Shown: positions 36,513 to 51,068 of the stretch, in pieces
Layout of the letters: each line of letters opens with the position of its first letter
Numbering within the stretch: the first letter of the stretch is position 1
From: the human T2T-CHM13v2.0 reference genome, Homo sapiens
Length of the DNA: 64,000 nt
NCBI RefSeq assembly: GCF_009914755.1
Contig: NC_060932.1
Direction: 5' to 3' (one strand)
Made by a program: the position numbers and the translations under genes
The notes under the pieces: generated by a model
What the model was told of the DNA's origin: nothing
Seen by the model: only the letters and a program-made list of their open reading frames with translations
Database searches by the model: none

Positions 36513-37617
36513 CTGCAAGACAAATTTAGGAGGTTTAAATTTCTGCTTCAGAGACAAAAGGAGAAAAGTATACTGTGTTTGGATTTTTCAGAGTAAATTT
36601 TACAAGTTTGATTTAGTTTAGTGTATTGAGGAATATCAACAATGATACAGAGAAATACTACTAATTCTAAAAAACGAAAAGTCTTGATTTCAGGCCGGAA
36701 GGAAACTTTGGATCCACTGTTAAAATCCCCTTTCTTCTTCTATCATCCTCTCTCCCAACCCCTTCTCTGCTAACATCTAAGAGCTATGAAGGGCCACATT
36801 GTTGAATAATGGTCTTTCTGGCGGCTTTTCCCCATTGTTTCGTCTAATTGTTTTTAGAATGCCAACTCCATCTGATAGGAAGCAGCCCCACAGATATGTA
36901 ATGTAAATTTACAGACTTGGGGGTTGGAAAATGAAAATGCAATGTGGAATTTAGTGGTGAGTTATAAACTATGAACAATAGAGACAAGACAAGACACTTT
37001 CTAAAATTATCACCAGGAACCTTTCCTTCTGCCCCCTTTTTAAAGGAACTGATGGTGGTGCTGGTGGGGAGTGGTGTCTGAGATAACTTTTTCAGCATTT
37101 CAGGTTATAGAATCATTGTGAACTTTCTTTCTCAGCTGGGTTTGAACAGGGCCATTGCCTGACATGGTGGGCACTATTGACTGTGAAAATTCCTAATATT
37201 CTTCTAGTCAAACAGCTGTCATCTCCTTCTTTGTTCATTTATGGCTTTCCACGATCCAGCAAATTCTTGACTTCTAAACAAGGCGAATGTGTTTGAGGAG
37301 CCCCAGTCATTTTCTAGAGAGGAAGCTTCTTGGGTCCAGTGGATGATTTCCCATCATGCTGTGTAAATGCTCCTTTCACTCATTAATGGGATCAGGAGTT
37401 TGTGCAGGAGCAAGCTAACTTGAAAATACAGAACCAAGAGAGGTAGGAAAATGTTATGTGACAATTAGTGGAATGTGTAGCCAAGACCAACAGATGATGG
37501 GCACTACTATGCAAGAACCAAAGCCATGAGGTGGTCTTACTATATCCGCACAGGCACATTTTAACCTCCTGGAGGGAGAACACCTATGCAGTATGTAGTA
37601 TACCTATGCAGGTATAG

Positions 37618-37929
<312 letters not shown>

Positions 37930-39293
37930 TTCTCTGTCTCTTTAGACCAGTCTGTTCTTAGTCATTTGTGGAAACTGAGGAAGGGTATTATCTCTTAGTT
38001 ATTCCATATATTTTCTTTCTGCTTCTAAAAATTCTCCTTTGTTTATTAATCCATTTATCTAATAAATATTCATCGAGCATTTGCAGTGTGCCATACACTT
38101 ACCAGGTACTGGAGAGTTGTGTAAGACATAAAGAAGAAGCTGAGGTTAGTGGTGAAGCAAGATTCATAAACAGACCAATAAAATGCAACTTGGAAGTTGT
38201 TATCAATTTTGCATAGAAGCTATGAGCATGGCTTTGAAGCCACACACAAAACATGGAGTCCAGGTTTTGCCCAAGGCTCAGAAAGATGATGTAACTTGTC
38301 CAAAGTTCCAGAGTACGTGGCAGAGCTTAGATTTCAGCTGAGGTCTGTCTTGGGCCAAAGCTTCCACTATTCCCGGTATTCTTACCACCACTCATGAAAC
38401 CTCTTGCTCAATGCATTTTGTCAATTCTCCCTTTAGAACTGTTTTCACAATCTGCTTTTTAGGCTTGGAAGAAAGCCAGTTATTATTAACTCAAAGATAT
38501 TCTTTGCATTTATGAAAGTTTGAATTATCTAATTTACTAGCAATGATCAAAATGAATGATTCATGACTACCTTCATACATAAATAGAAGGTAGAAGTACA
38601 AAACCCTTTTTACCTATCCATTTGGTAATGATTTAAGACTGTCTCTTAACACTCAGTGTTGGCACATGTGAGTGGGAAAACATAGGCATTCAAACATTGT
38701 TGGTAAGACTGTAAACGTATGCAAGACTTTTAGAAGACATTTTGGCAATTCAAATCATTATAATATTGTTTCCCTGTCAGCCAACAATTCTATTTTGCGG
38801 GCTTTATTCTGCAGAGGTAATTGGGCAAGTACTCTAAGTGATTTTACACAGGTGTTCATCACAGCATTGTTTATAATTGCAAAAATATGAGGAATTAGCC
38901 AAGTTTCCAACAAGAGGAGACAAATTAAATAAATCATGGTACATTCTTTCAATGAATACTAAGAATTCATGTGAAGGATAAGGCATACTTGCATTCACTG
39001 GAATGAAATGGTTTTTTTAAGACATATGGGTTAGTTTGAGAGTAGATTATAAAATTGCATAAAAAATGAAAGATACTGATGGTTGTCTTTCAATATCGAT
39101 TCTCCCACCTTCCTTTAGTAAGACAGTATCAAATTTTAATTGGGAACGTGATGGTTTAAAGCAACGACTATAATTTCAAGCTTGCTTTGTGGGTGAGTGT
39201 AGCCATGAGATTAAATTCTGGGAAATAGGATGTAAGAGGGAGAAATGTGAATGGTTTCCAGGCTGTGAGTTCATAGTGAATGTGCATGCCTTC

Positions 39294-39711
39294 TGGGATG
39301 GTTTGGATCTGTGTCCTTGCCCAAATCTCATGTCAAATTGCAATCCACAATGCTGGAGTTGAGGCGTGGTGGGAGGTGATTGGATCATGGGGGCAGACTT
39401 CTCATGAATGGGTTAGCACCACGTCCTTGGTGCTGTTCTCATGATAGTGAGTGAGTTATTGTGAGATCTGCTTGTTTAAAACACCTTTCCCCTTGTTCTC
39501 CCTTGCTCCTGCTCTAGTCATGTAAGATCTGCCTGCTTCTACTTCCCCTCTGCCATGATTGTAAGTTTCCTGAGGTCTCCCCAGAAGCTGAGCAGAAGCA
39601 CTCATGCTTCCTGTACAGCCTGCAGAACCATGAGCTGATTAGACCTCTTCTCTTTATAAATTACCCAGTTTCAGGTATTTCTTTATAGCAATGTGAGAAT
39701 GGACTAATACA
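39294..39711 (+). mobile_element. MST (MaLR) solo LTR nested in an older MLT1-type LTR (about 39075-39975)
   Basis: tg..atggtttggatctgtgtcc...ctttataaattacccag...ggactaataca. Confidence 0.85.
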
Positions 39712-42431
39712 CTTTCCAAATCCTTTCTCCTCTTCATTGTAGCTGGAGTGTGAATGTGCTGGCAACCTACCTTAGGCTATGAGGACACAGATCATTATGA
39801 AAGGCAAAGCAACAAGCTAGAAGGAGCCTGGGCCCCAAAACCATCAAACCATTAGAGCAGCCCTGGCATGTCTACATGCCCAGACTATCAGACATGAAAG
39901 CAATTAACTTCTACCTTCTTTAAACTAGGCTATTTTGGAGTCATTTGTTATAGTAGCCCACCCTGTATTCTAAATAATGCAGAGAATGGGTTCCTATATG
40001 TAGAGCAGGATGTCTACACTGATGGGTAGATATTAGCTGGGGTACATAGGTAGATAGGTAGGTTAGATAAGTAGCTTAGATGACAGGTTGGATAGATAAG
40101 TGGGTTATATAGGTAGTGTAGACAGCCTTGGATAGCATTTATTAGCATGTTAATAGTGACTACCAGTGGATGGTGGGATATCAGCTATTTCTGGTTTCTT
40201 AGTTTTCCTGTCCATGTTGCATAGCATCTTGATATCACAGTACATTATTTTTAAAATTAAGAAAACTTAAGCCAGTTTCATTTAGGAAGAAAAAAAAAGG
40301 AAAATATGCAAATATACCCTCAAAGGAGGGCTTTAGATCAGAGTTGAAAACATTAAAAAGAAAATGATCCAGATCTAAAGATCATCCACAAAGTCACCTT
40401 CCCCGAAGGTGTTGAGCAACGGCAAGTTGTTGGCCTACGTGTACAGCCTCTCATGGTAGCGCTGTGACTTCTTGTCAAACCTGGCAAAAGTTGCTATGAC
40501 CTACCAGAGGAACACCAGGCAATTTTATCAGTAGATAATGATCCATGGATCATTCTTTTCATATAATTGTTGCAAGTGTGTGAAAATATGATTTGACTCA
40601 TGAAATAAAATTATAAACTTTCTCCAGGCAGATTTAACTTTTTAAATCTTATTTTTATCTTTCACACAATCAGGATAGGGACTCACCCAGCACAGACTTC
40701 TATCCTCAGCAGGGGTTAATGAAATGGTGAGAAAGGCATGATTATGAAGAATTTTTTTCCTCACAAATGTATTTGTTGATGAGATTCACAGGGTAAATTA
40801 CATAAGATAATAGACATTAAGCACTCATTGTAGCATCTCGCATATAGTACTTATTATATATTAGTAATTCTTTCCTTTAATATTTTCACAATATTTGTTT
40901 TAGAAATTCTACTCAGTGGGGGAAATAATCTGAAACAGGGAAGAGTTTACGCACAAAGATGTCCAAGGCAAAATTATTTATATTAAGAAAAACCTAGATC
41001 CACTCAAAAGTCTAAGAACAGCATAGTGGCTAAGAGAATGCTTGCATTCACTGGTTACATAGCCATTACAAGTGTTTAAGAAGAGTTTGTAATATGGTGG
41101 AAGGTGTTAATATTAGACTAAGTGGGGAAAAGTACAAGAGGCTTTGGTTGCCTTTAGTGCTTGCTTCCCTTACAATCTCGTATTTAACAAGCAGCCAGAA
41201 GGATCCTTTTAAAATGTCAGATCATGTCCCTTCCCTGTGCAGACAATCACAATGGCTTCCTTCTTATTCCGGGTGAAAATTAGAATCCTCGCAGCAGACC
41301 TTAAACTTCTATATGATCTGCAACACCCTCCCCACTTTGCCCTCACCAATCAGAGCTAATTTCCTATAGCTCTGTCCTGGCTAACCTGCTCCAGTTATGC
41401 TGGCTTCTCTGGTCCTCATGCTGCTGCTTAGGCCTTTGTCTGGACCACTGTCCCCAGGAACAACCACAGGGCTGGCCCCTCACATCCTGAAGGTCACCCC
41501 TCAACCCTCACTTCATTTGGAGAAGACTTTCCTGACCACCCTACACACAGCAATATCCCCCACCGTGACTTTTCCCTTCGGCTTTCCCCTGCTTCATGGT
41601 TCCCATGGTCAGGCTGTCAGCCCACACACCATGTACTTGCAGTACATTTATTTACTCTCTGCTCCCCGCTGGGAATCTATGTCCCACGGGAGCAGGAGGT
41701 GTGTTCACTTTGCTCTGTGTGCTTTCCCCACACCTAGAAGAGTGCATGGGTCATAGTGCACGCTCAGATGGAATTACTGAATGGGTGAATTAACGGTGCA
41801 AAAATTGTCACTTTTATTTTTCAGTATTCTCTAAAATAGGGAACACATAATACTTTAAAGTTTTATTTATAAAACTAGCATATGAACATACTCTCCTTGG
41901 GAAAAAAAAGTTCAGATAATCTAAGGCTCTTTTAACCAACATTCTTCCACTCCAAAACACATACTCCAATCTTCTTTTCAAAGGGAATCACCTATCTGGT
42001 GCCCACATATGTGTTCTTATCAATAACATTGTGCTCTTTGTATTTTTGTGTAACTTTCTTTTTCTAATTAAAAATCTCTTGGAAGCTTTTCCATGCACAG
42101 GCCAAATTTGAGCACTCTCACTCATTTATGTATTATCTGTGGCTGTTTTTGAAAGTTTAATTATGTGGGAGACTACTTAACCATTTTCCCTCATGATGGA
42201 TATTTAGGTTGTTCCTCACTTTTGCAATTAAAACAATGCTTCATGAACATTTTCCTCCTGTTGCTTTTGCACACACAACTGTTTTTCACTGGGATAATGA
42301 ATGAGCACATGGTTAAGGGTAGTGGATAGGACCATATTTTCCTGTCTTACATTGAGGAAAAACAAAAACTTATCTAAAAGGACACAAGCAAAATTGGAAA
42401 AGCTGCAAGCCTCATGGTAAGCTGTACCCAC

Positions 42432-42515
42432 CTGATAAGTCATTGGTCCGATTGTTTAAACAGTAGCAATACCTTGTGGGGAATTTGGCGGGGTCCACTG
42501 TCTTCAGGTTAGAAA
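42432..42515 (-). CDS. HHLA1: HHLA1 exon 7: (I)SNLKTVDPAKFPTRYCYCLNNRTNDLS
   Basis: ttcacag|TT TCT ... TCA G|gtgggt, 84 nt, phase 1-1. Confidence 0.93.
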
Positions 42516-42615
42516 CTGTGAAGAGAAAGGATTCAACAGAGATCCTAACACACAGACCGGCCCTGCAACACATCCCTACCACCACCACCATCAAGAAGAG
42601 CCAGCCAGCACTCAC

Positions 42616-42699
42616 TGTTGTAAACAGCTACAGAAAACTTGTGGAAGGCGAAGGAACTGTAGGAAGTGACACTCAGCAAGGAGAAGAACTTCTTGCTAT
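42616..42699 (-). CDS. HHLA1: HHLA1 exon 6: (D)SKKFFSLLSVTSYSSFAFHKFSVAVYN
   Basis: ttggcag|AT AGC ... AAC A|gtgagt, 84 nt, phase 1-1. Confidence 0.93.
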
Positions 42700-42959
42700 C
42701 TGCCAAAACATACCAGATAAAGAGACAGACAGATGCCTACTAACGTAACAATAATACAAATAAGTAAACAGTCCCCAGAAATTAACAATGCCAATAAAGA
42801 AACCAATGATGAAAATAAAGAAACAAACAAAAAAGTAATACAAATAAAAAATAATAAACAAAGTAAAACTAAACCAAAAAGCTGAAGAGTATGTATCATT
42901 TGTCTATATTTCCTGATCCATCCTCAAGCTGTGGCAACTCTCTAAGAAAGATTCCCAAG

Positions 42960-43410
42960 GCATATTAGGCCCCTGAGGCTGCTGTAACAAATTATCACAA
43001 ACTTGGTGGCCTAAAACAGCAGAAATTTGTTCTCTCACAGTTCTGGGGGCTAGAAGTCTGAAACTCAGTAGGGCACCCTCCCTTCAAGGGCTCTAAAGGA
43101 GAATCTGTTCTTGCCTCTCTCAGCGCTGGCGGCTGCCTGTGTCCCTTGGCTTGTGGCCACATCTCTCTCTGTTCTATCATCACATGGTCTTTTCTTCTGT
43201 GTGTGTCTCCTTTGCCTCTTTCTTGTAAGGACCCTTGTGGTGGCATCCGGCACAACACAAATAATCCTGGACAATGGCCTCATCTCAAAATCTTTAACTC
43301 AATCAATCTGTTATCACATCAGGTGATATTCACTCTTTTGACATATAAAGTAGTATTCACAGATTCTGGTAATTACAAAGTGGATATCTTTGGCCATTTT
43401 CAGTCTACTA
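42960..43410 (-). mobile_element. MLT1 (MaLR) solo LTR
   Basis: ggctgctgtaacaaattatcacaaacttggtggcctaaaaca...cagtctactaca. Confidence 0.8.
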
Positions 43411-43726
43411 CACAAAGAAAGGGGATTTTTTTTTAAACCAGGAATACTAACATAAACAATCAGGTTTAGGAATACATGCATGAGCATCTTATCTACTCTC
43501 CATCAGTGCCTGTTCTTAGTTTATATCTGGAGCACAGTGCAGCAGAGGGAGATCTTTCCAGACCTGGTCTGAGAATCACCCACCTGCATCAACACACCTT
43601 TAATAGGTGCACCTATTAAAAGGGCACATTCCTGGATGTGATCCCAGGTCTACTAAATCAGATGGTGAAGAAAGGGGAAAGGTGGGTATGCCCAGGGTTC
43701 TGAATTTTAACAAAGTTCTCAGGTGA

Positions 43727-43887
43727 ATTTTTTTCTTTTTTAGACAGGGTCTTGCTCTGTCACTCAGGCTGGAATGCAATTGTGCAGTCACAGCTCACTG
43801 CGGCCTCGACCTCTCAGGCTCCAGTAATCCTCCCACCTCAGCCTCCCAAAGTGCTGGGATTATAGGCATGACCCACTGTGCCCGGTC
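43727..43887 (-). mobile_element. Monomeric Alu (FRAM-like or internally deleted AluJ) inserted in MER5A
   Basis: Single ~160-bp monomer flanked by the tctcaggtga duplication. Confidence 0.75.
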
Positions 43888-45353
43888 TCAGGTGATTTTT
43901 ATTCATATAAATTTGTTACCCACTGTGATGGTGGATGGAATGGCAGAATCATTAAACTTTGGTGCACGCAAATCACCAGTGGTGCCCATTCCCCCTCGGC
44001 TCTCTGGCTATTGCCCTCTGGAGACCCCAATGCCACACACTGAGCGGGAACCAGACTCTGTATTTAATAAGCTCCTTAGAAGAATGGGGTATACACCAAA
44101 ATGTGAATACTCCAGTACTCAGTTTTTTTGATGATAAAAATCACAAATAGCACTTGGTAAAAATATACATTTGGGCCCCTTCAAAGATCAGCTGGATCAG
44201 AATCTCCAGAGCAGGAACCTGGGGAGATGAATATTTAATAAGTACATCAGGTCCTTCTTATTGTGCAACAAGTTTGGGAAACTTTGGGCTAGATCACAAA
44301 CCTGGATTAAACAGTTCTGAATTCCAACTCTATGTGGCAATGGGCACGCCTCAACGTCTGCATCTAGAAAATGGGAGTGAGAGTACCACCACGTGGAGGT
44401 TATACAAGGATTAAATTAGTCATTGGAAGAGTTTTGAGCTCCTCGAAGTTATGACATTTGAGTTTCTGCAAAATTTCACAGAGCCCAGTGCAGGGCCTTG
44501 CAGAGGAAAGGACAGGATTAACAGTTCAGGGCTGGAAGGGCTAAATGTTTTGCAGCCCATCCCTCCATCTGATAATTCAGTCTCTCCACAGCACCCTCTA
44601 CAGGTAGATCACTGCCTTCTTATCGTGCACCTCCCAAGGCAGCCCTATCCTCGGCAACTCTCATGAGAGCAAATTGGAGGCAGGAGCTATATCTCTGTAA
44701 TTTACAGCAACAGGCATTGGGACAGGGATGGATAATAATGTTGATGGGTCAATGTCTAAGTGAACAAGTGTAGAGCCACCAAGCACAGTTGTGCAGTGTG
44801 TGTATTGCACAATCCTAGGGAATGCCATTTACATAGACCTCAACACTGAATTGGCTTTCTCCATCCCCCTTATTCTAAATAACATGTACCATTACCTATT
44901 TATTATGTTTATTGTTTGTTTTTGGTTACTCCTTCACCCAATAGAATGGAAGCTCTCCCAGGCCAAAGATTTTTGGTTTTTATTTACTGCCTTATCCTCC
45001 AATATTTGGAATAGTGCCTGGCATGTGATAGGTGTTCTATGAATATTGATTGAAGAATGTGAGAATAAATAGTGAAGGCAGTGAGGAATGTACACTAGGG
45101 ATCATTCAGGCTTTGCTGTCATTCACTAAGTATGTGTTACATACAAATCATTTTGCTAGACGCTAAAGAACACAGAAAGAAGATTACAATAATATTGTCT
45201 TAAAAAAAGAAATCCAGAATCATATTAACTTAATCAATGAGTAATTATTGTTAGTTTATGGCAACAGAGTTACAATTACAAACATACCATGTCTGTATTG
45301 CAATTCGCTCTCAAAATTCTTGTAAACCTTCTACGTCATTTTGAGTAAGGTAG

Positions 45354-45660
<307 letters not shown>

Positions 45661-45794
45661 TATTCTCCACTCTGAACACCGAGAAACTGACACACAGAAG
45701 TGAAGTGTCTTGTCAAGGCAACAGAAAGGTTCAGAAAAGACACTGGTACAAGAAAAAAAAATGGACCTGGATTGTGCTTTTAAAATATGATTAC

Positions 45795-45875
45795 CTTTTA
45801 ACGCTCTACTGAGCATCCCATTCACAAGCTCTGTCAGGTTAAGCGCGGACAGATCGATTGACCTTGCGGGCAGCT
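45795..45875 (-). CDS. HHLA1: HHLA1 exon 5: (E)LPARSIDLSALNLTELVNGMLSRALK
   Basis: ctttcag|AG CTG ... AAA G|gtaatc, 81 nt, phase 1-1. Confidence 0.93.
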
Positions 45876-46441
45876 CTGAAAGAGATTCAGAGATAATGTC
45901 ACTGGCAGGCTTTTCTCGGCAAGAGAAAAAGTTTCTCATTTCCAAACTTCAGGCAGATATTCAACTTCTTTGGACATGTGCTGAAAACAAACCAAGTGCC
46001 AGGCACGAGGGGTTCCAAGTTAAGTTAAGAGGAGGGTCTCGACCTCAGGAGGTAACAGTCAACAAAGTGACAAATATAGATAAGAGAAATTCCAATGAAG
46101 CACAGGAAACATGAACTTTTAGTGACAATTGCATCTCTGCATTTGGAGAGACTCGGGACTCATATAAAAGGTATCTCAAGCATAATGGGAAGCCCAAGGG
46201 CATTGCAGGAGTTCTCAGCAGCTCTGTGTTTGAAAATAAGTACCCCATGTAAACGTGGGGTCCACACACCCTGGCTGAGCATTGACATCACCTGGAAATA
46301 TACATTTTTTTAATTACACAATTCCAGTACCTGGCCTTCATCTTCAGAAATTCAGAATTAATAGGTCCAGGATGTGACCCAGAATGGAGGGAGAAATCTC
46401 CCAGGTGTAGCAGGAGTGGCAGTGTGCAGTGAGTGGAGTTA

Positions 46442-46849
<408 letters not shown>

Positions 46850-46987
46850 TCAACTTTTACTTAATGATCAGATAATGATTAAAGAGATGACGTTCTCGCC
46901 ACTGTGGGAAAGAACAGAGGTCTAGAGAAGTGGAGGAATTGCTCTGCAACCCAGACAACCCAAGGGATTTGGGGGAGCGGCACTCAC

Positions 46988-47047
46988 CCGTCGTAGCAAG
47001 AAATGCCACCCCCTTCTCCTTCCTCTCTTCTTCTCTAAGGCCAGACA
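46988..47047 (-). CDS. HHLA1: HHLA1 exon 4: (V)SGLREEERKEKGVAFLATT
   Basis: ttcccag|TG TCT GGC ... ACG G|gtgagt, 60 nt, phase 1-1. Confidence 0.92.
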
Positions 47048-48121
47048 CTGGGAAGGAAACAGTTTTCATGAGAAAAATGTGAGTGGTCCAGTTCCTACCC
47101 CCAGGAATGGAAGAAGCCTTGGAAGCCTCTTTGGCCTCTGCTCTCCGTGTGAGAGTCACTGGCGGACACTGAGGAAAGGCAGATCACAGACTCTTCTGCA
47201 TGGCCCTAATACAGTTTCTAATCTCTGTGGGGTGGCTGTGGCCTAGAAATGCACATTTTAATAAATCAGCTTGGCGATTCTGATACAGGGGGTCTAATTT
47301 ACCCCACTCTTTAACCAAGTAGGAAAACTGAGGCCCAGAGAGGAGAAAAACCTTGCTTAAATTTGCACAACTGAGCAATGGTAATAAAGGGTTCAGAACC
47401 TACTTTCTAGAACTGTAGAGCAGTGGCCAAAATATTAGGTCTCTTGCCTACTTAACAAATTTCATGCGACCAAAGGAGAAAATGTCAAAGAAAAATTTGA
47501 AATTTCAAAGGCATTCATTCGTTCTTCATTGGTTCATTCAACAAATATTCACTGAGGGCCAAGCTATATGCTAGGCAATGTGAACTGGTAAAGGGGAATG
47601 AACCCGGTCTCCAGCTCCATGGGGCTTCCTGTGTGTGATTTGGTCAGGGAGGAGGAGACTCACATGTCGTGACAAGAGAGGAGTGTCAACACGGTGTGGG
47701 AGCACAGGGCACTAGCCTGGTGTCAGGGGATGGAGAAGGCCTTCTTGTGGAAGTGACATTAAGCAGAGACCAGAAGGATCAGTTATTTTGGATCACATGC
47801 TATAGAATCACACTGCACTTGTAACTACGACTGTTGGAGTGGTCATTTTTCATGTTATACCTGGATGGAGAAGGTGCATTATTTTACATTTTATTTTATT
47901 AAATTAAATGAGACAAGCAACATATCTTATTGGGGTCACAGAGAGGTTCAGGAAAGAAGCTGGTACAAAAAAAGCTAGTATCACATGTAACATGAAAAAT
48001 GACCATTGCAACAATAGGTACCAGCAGGATGGAGAAGGTGCTGTATTTTACATTTTCATTTTGCAAATAGAAAACAACAAGCCACAGAGTCTGAAAAATG
48101 TGCCCTGCATTACAGAGTAAG

Positions 48122-48186
48122 TCAGGATTTAGGGCTGCCCGGGAATGTCCCATCTTTTTCCTTCTTAACATCTTTATTTCCAGACA
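48122..48186 (-). pseudogene. Degenerate third copy of HHLA1 exon 3/4: (V)SGNKDVKKEKDGTFPGSPKS-stop
   Basis: Same acceptor start ag|TGTCTGG and KKEK core as exons 3 and 4; no donor at the homologous position, and an in-frame TGA follows. Confidence 0.7.
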
Positions 48187-48439
48187 CTGAAATAAAAGTT
48201 TTCATGAATAAAATAGTAACCTGAAAGTACAGCCTCAAACAGTTCATAACATCCTTAGAAATCATCTTGTCCAACACTTTGAAGAATGGATAAACTGAAA
48301 TCCCCAAACTTGATTTGATGTACCTAAATTTGATGTACCATATTGCGCTAGTGGCTAAGATAAAATCAGAAAAGAGCAATCTCAACTCTTTGTCCATGTT
48401 CTTCTCCCTCACTTCTTTCTATTTTACTTTTTAATTTAT

Positions 48440-49180
48440 TAAAATTCATTTATAATTTTATTGAAAAACACTTAACATGAAATCTACCCTATTAATTTTT
48501 TTTTTTTTGAGATGGAGTCTCACTCTGTTGCCCAGGCTGGAGTGCAGTGGCGTGATCTCACTGCAACCTCTGTCTCCTGGGGTCAAGCGATTCTCCTGCC
48601 TCAGCCTCCTGAGTAGCTGGGATTACAGGTGTGCACCACCACGCCTGGCTATTATTTGTATTTTTAGTAGATCTGGGGTTTCACCATGTTGGTCAGGCTG
48701 GTCTCAAACTCCTGACCTCATGATCTGCCTGCCTCGGCCTCCCAAAGTGTTGGGATTACAGGCGTGAGCCACTGCACTCATCCCAATTAACAGATTTTTA
48801 AGTGCACGATATAGTATTGTTACCTATTGTTATTATGTTGTACAGCAGCTCTTTAGAACTTATTCATCTTGTGTAACCGAAATTTCATACTCATTGAACA
48901 ACGAACTTCCCATTTCCCTCTCCTAAGCCCCTGGTGAGCACCTTTCTATTCTCTGCTTCTGTGAGTTTGACTATTTTAGATACCTCATGAAAGTGGTATC
49001 ATGCAGTGTTTGTTCTTCTGTGACTGGTTCATTTCACTTAGCATACTGTCCTCCAGGTTCACTCATGTTATTGCATATGGCACCGTTTTCTTATTTAAGA
49101 CCGAATAATATTGCATTGTATGTATATACCACATTTCCTTTTCCTGTTTATCCGTCAATGGACATTTAGGTTGCTATCTT
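48440..49180 (-). mobile_element. L1M 3' end interrupted by an AluS (48496-48784)
   Basis: gtgagtttgactattttagatacctcat...catttcacttagcata, with an Alu body and poly-T inside. Confidence 0.8.
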
Positions 49181-50237
49181 CTGCTTTTCTGATACCATGT
49201 TGAAACTGAGTCAAGTCAGCTGTTGCCTGCTTAAGCCAATTTGGCCTTTTGCCAATTGCCAAGCTTTTTGGTTAAATATCAAAGCTTCTGGGGTTAGAGG
49301 TAGGTGGGGACTCTAACTCCCCTTTGCCATAACAGGGCTACTGGAGGCAACGGGCTTATGTCACAAAAGGAAGTCTGAGACAGACATACTTAAGCAGGGC
49401 AAATGCTGCCAACTAGCCAGCTGTCTAGCTTGAGTGAGGCCACTGCACCCCCTCAGGCACCCGTGTGGCACTTTACCTGCGCAGTCTACTCTGCACCAGC
49501 TGCTGTAAGATCTGCGGGAGGCACAATCAACCTTGCTTGTGACCTGCCAAGACAACAGAGTCCTCCATGCAGGTGAGGGACCAGGATTATGTCAGTTCGG
49601 GGTCTCCAGGCAGCAGGGATGCCCCAGGCTACCAGGCTGGCAGGATTCCTACACCTTTCCAGCCAGAATGGTGGGCCCTGTGTCATCTTCTTCACTGAGC
49701 ACCATTTTTTTTTTTTTTTAGCACTATTCCTTTCACCAAGGAAAGAATATTTCTACCACTCCTTGGGTTGATTTTGATAACAATATTTGAAGTCTGAACT
49801 AAACACCAGTGGAGCACAGATTTTTGAACAGGATGTAATACAGAGCATTTTTCAAATAAGTTCCCTGACAGATTACAAAAAGATATTTTTCTATTTTTGG
49901 ATAAAAAGACCACCATAATAAAAGCTTTAAAATAGAAGGTTCCTGGCATTTTTTGTACTTCTTAATGCTTAGTATTTTATCACCTTTTATCCTTCATGAT
50001 TACCTGTGGGGCAGGAATTGTTGTTCCCATTTAAGGAGAAGAAAATTGAAAGCTCAACTAAGAAAAATATTTATGGAAAGTTATCCTACTTACACACAAT
50101 AAATTGGTACAATTGGTGCTTTCAGGAAAGGGAAGCTGTTGGCTGGGGGAGCATTTTAACTTTATACGCTTTTGTAACTTTTGCTATTTGAACTATGTGA
50201 ATGTACTAATTTAAAATAAATGAGAATATAAAAATCG

Positions 50238-50569
<332 letters not shown>

Positions 50570-51008
50570 TCAAAACTAAAACCGAAACCAAACCAAAAAA
50601 TTGTACTGCTTGTTTACTAAAATTTAGAAACCTGTTCCCTGACTCCTCTTGTCCTTTCTGTTGCAATGTAGTCACCATTGTACTGCAAAGTGAATTTCAT
50701 AGCATCAAGAAGGAAAGGCAAAGAAAGATGAAATTATTACAAAGGTGATGATGGCAAGTAACAGTACCCCCCATTATAAAATCTTCTATCACCAATGGAA
50801 TGTTACAGTCTTTGTGGATTTATTAAGATCACAAGGATTCAATGAACCATAAAGAAATGAGTAGCTCACAGGAACCATTGTTGTGACTATTAGAGTGTTA
50901 GATGCGGATATAATCGCTGTCTTATCAGTAGAGAAAGTCAGGCTTGGGGAAGTCAAGGAATTTTCCCAAGAACAGTGAGCTGAAAAGGAGCCCTTATCAC
51001 CCACTTAC

Positions 51009-51068
51009 CTGTTGTAGGTAAAAAGGTCATTCCCTTCTCTTTCTTGGCTTCTCCTTTGATGCCAGACA
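51009..51068 (-). CDS. HHLA1: HHLA1 exon 3: (V)SGIKGEAKKEKGMTFLPTT
   Basis: actttag|TG TCT GGC ... ACA G|gtaagt, 60 nt, phase 1-1. Confidence 0.92.
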
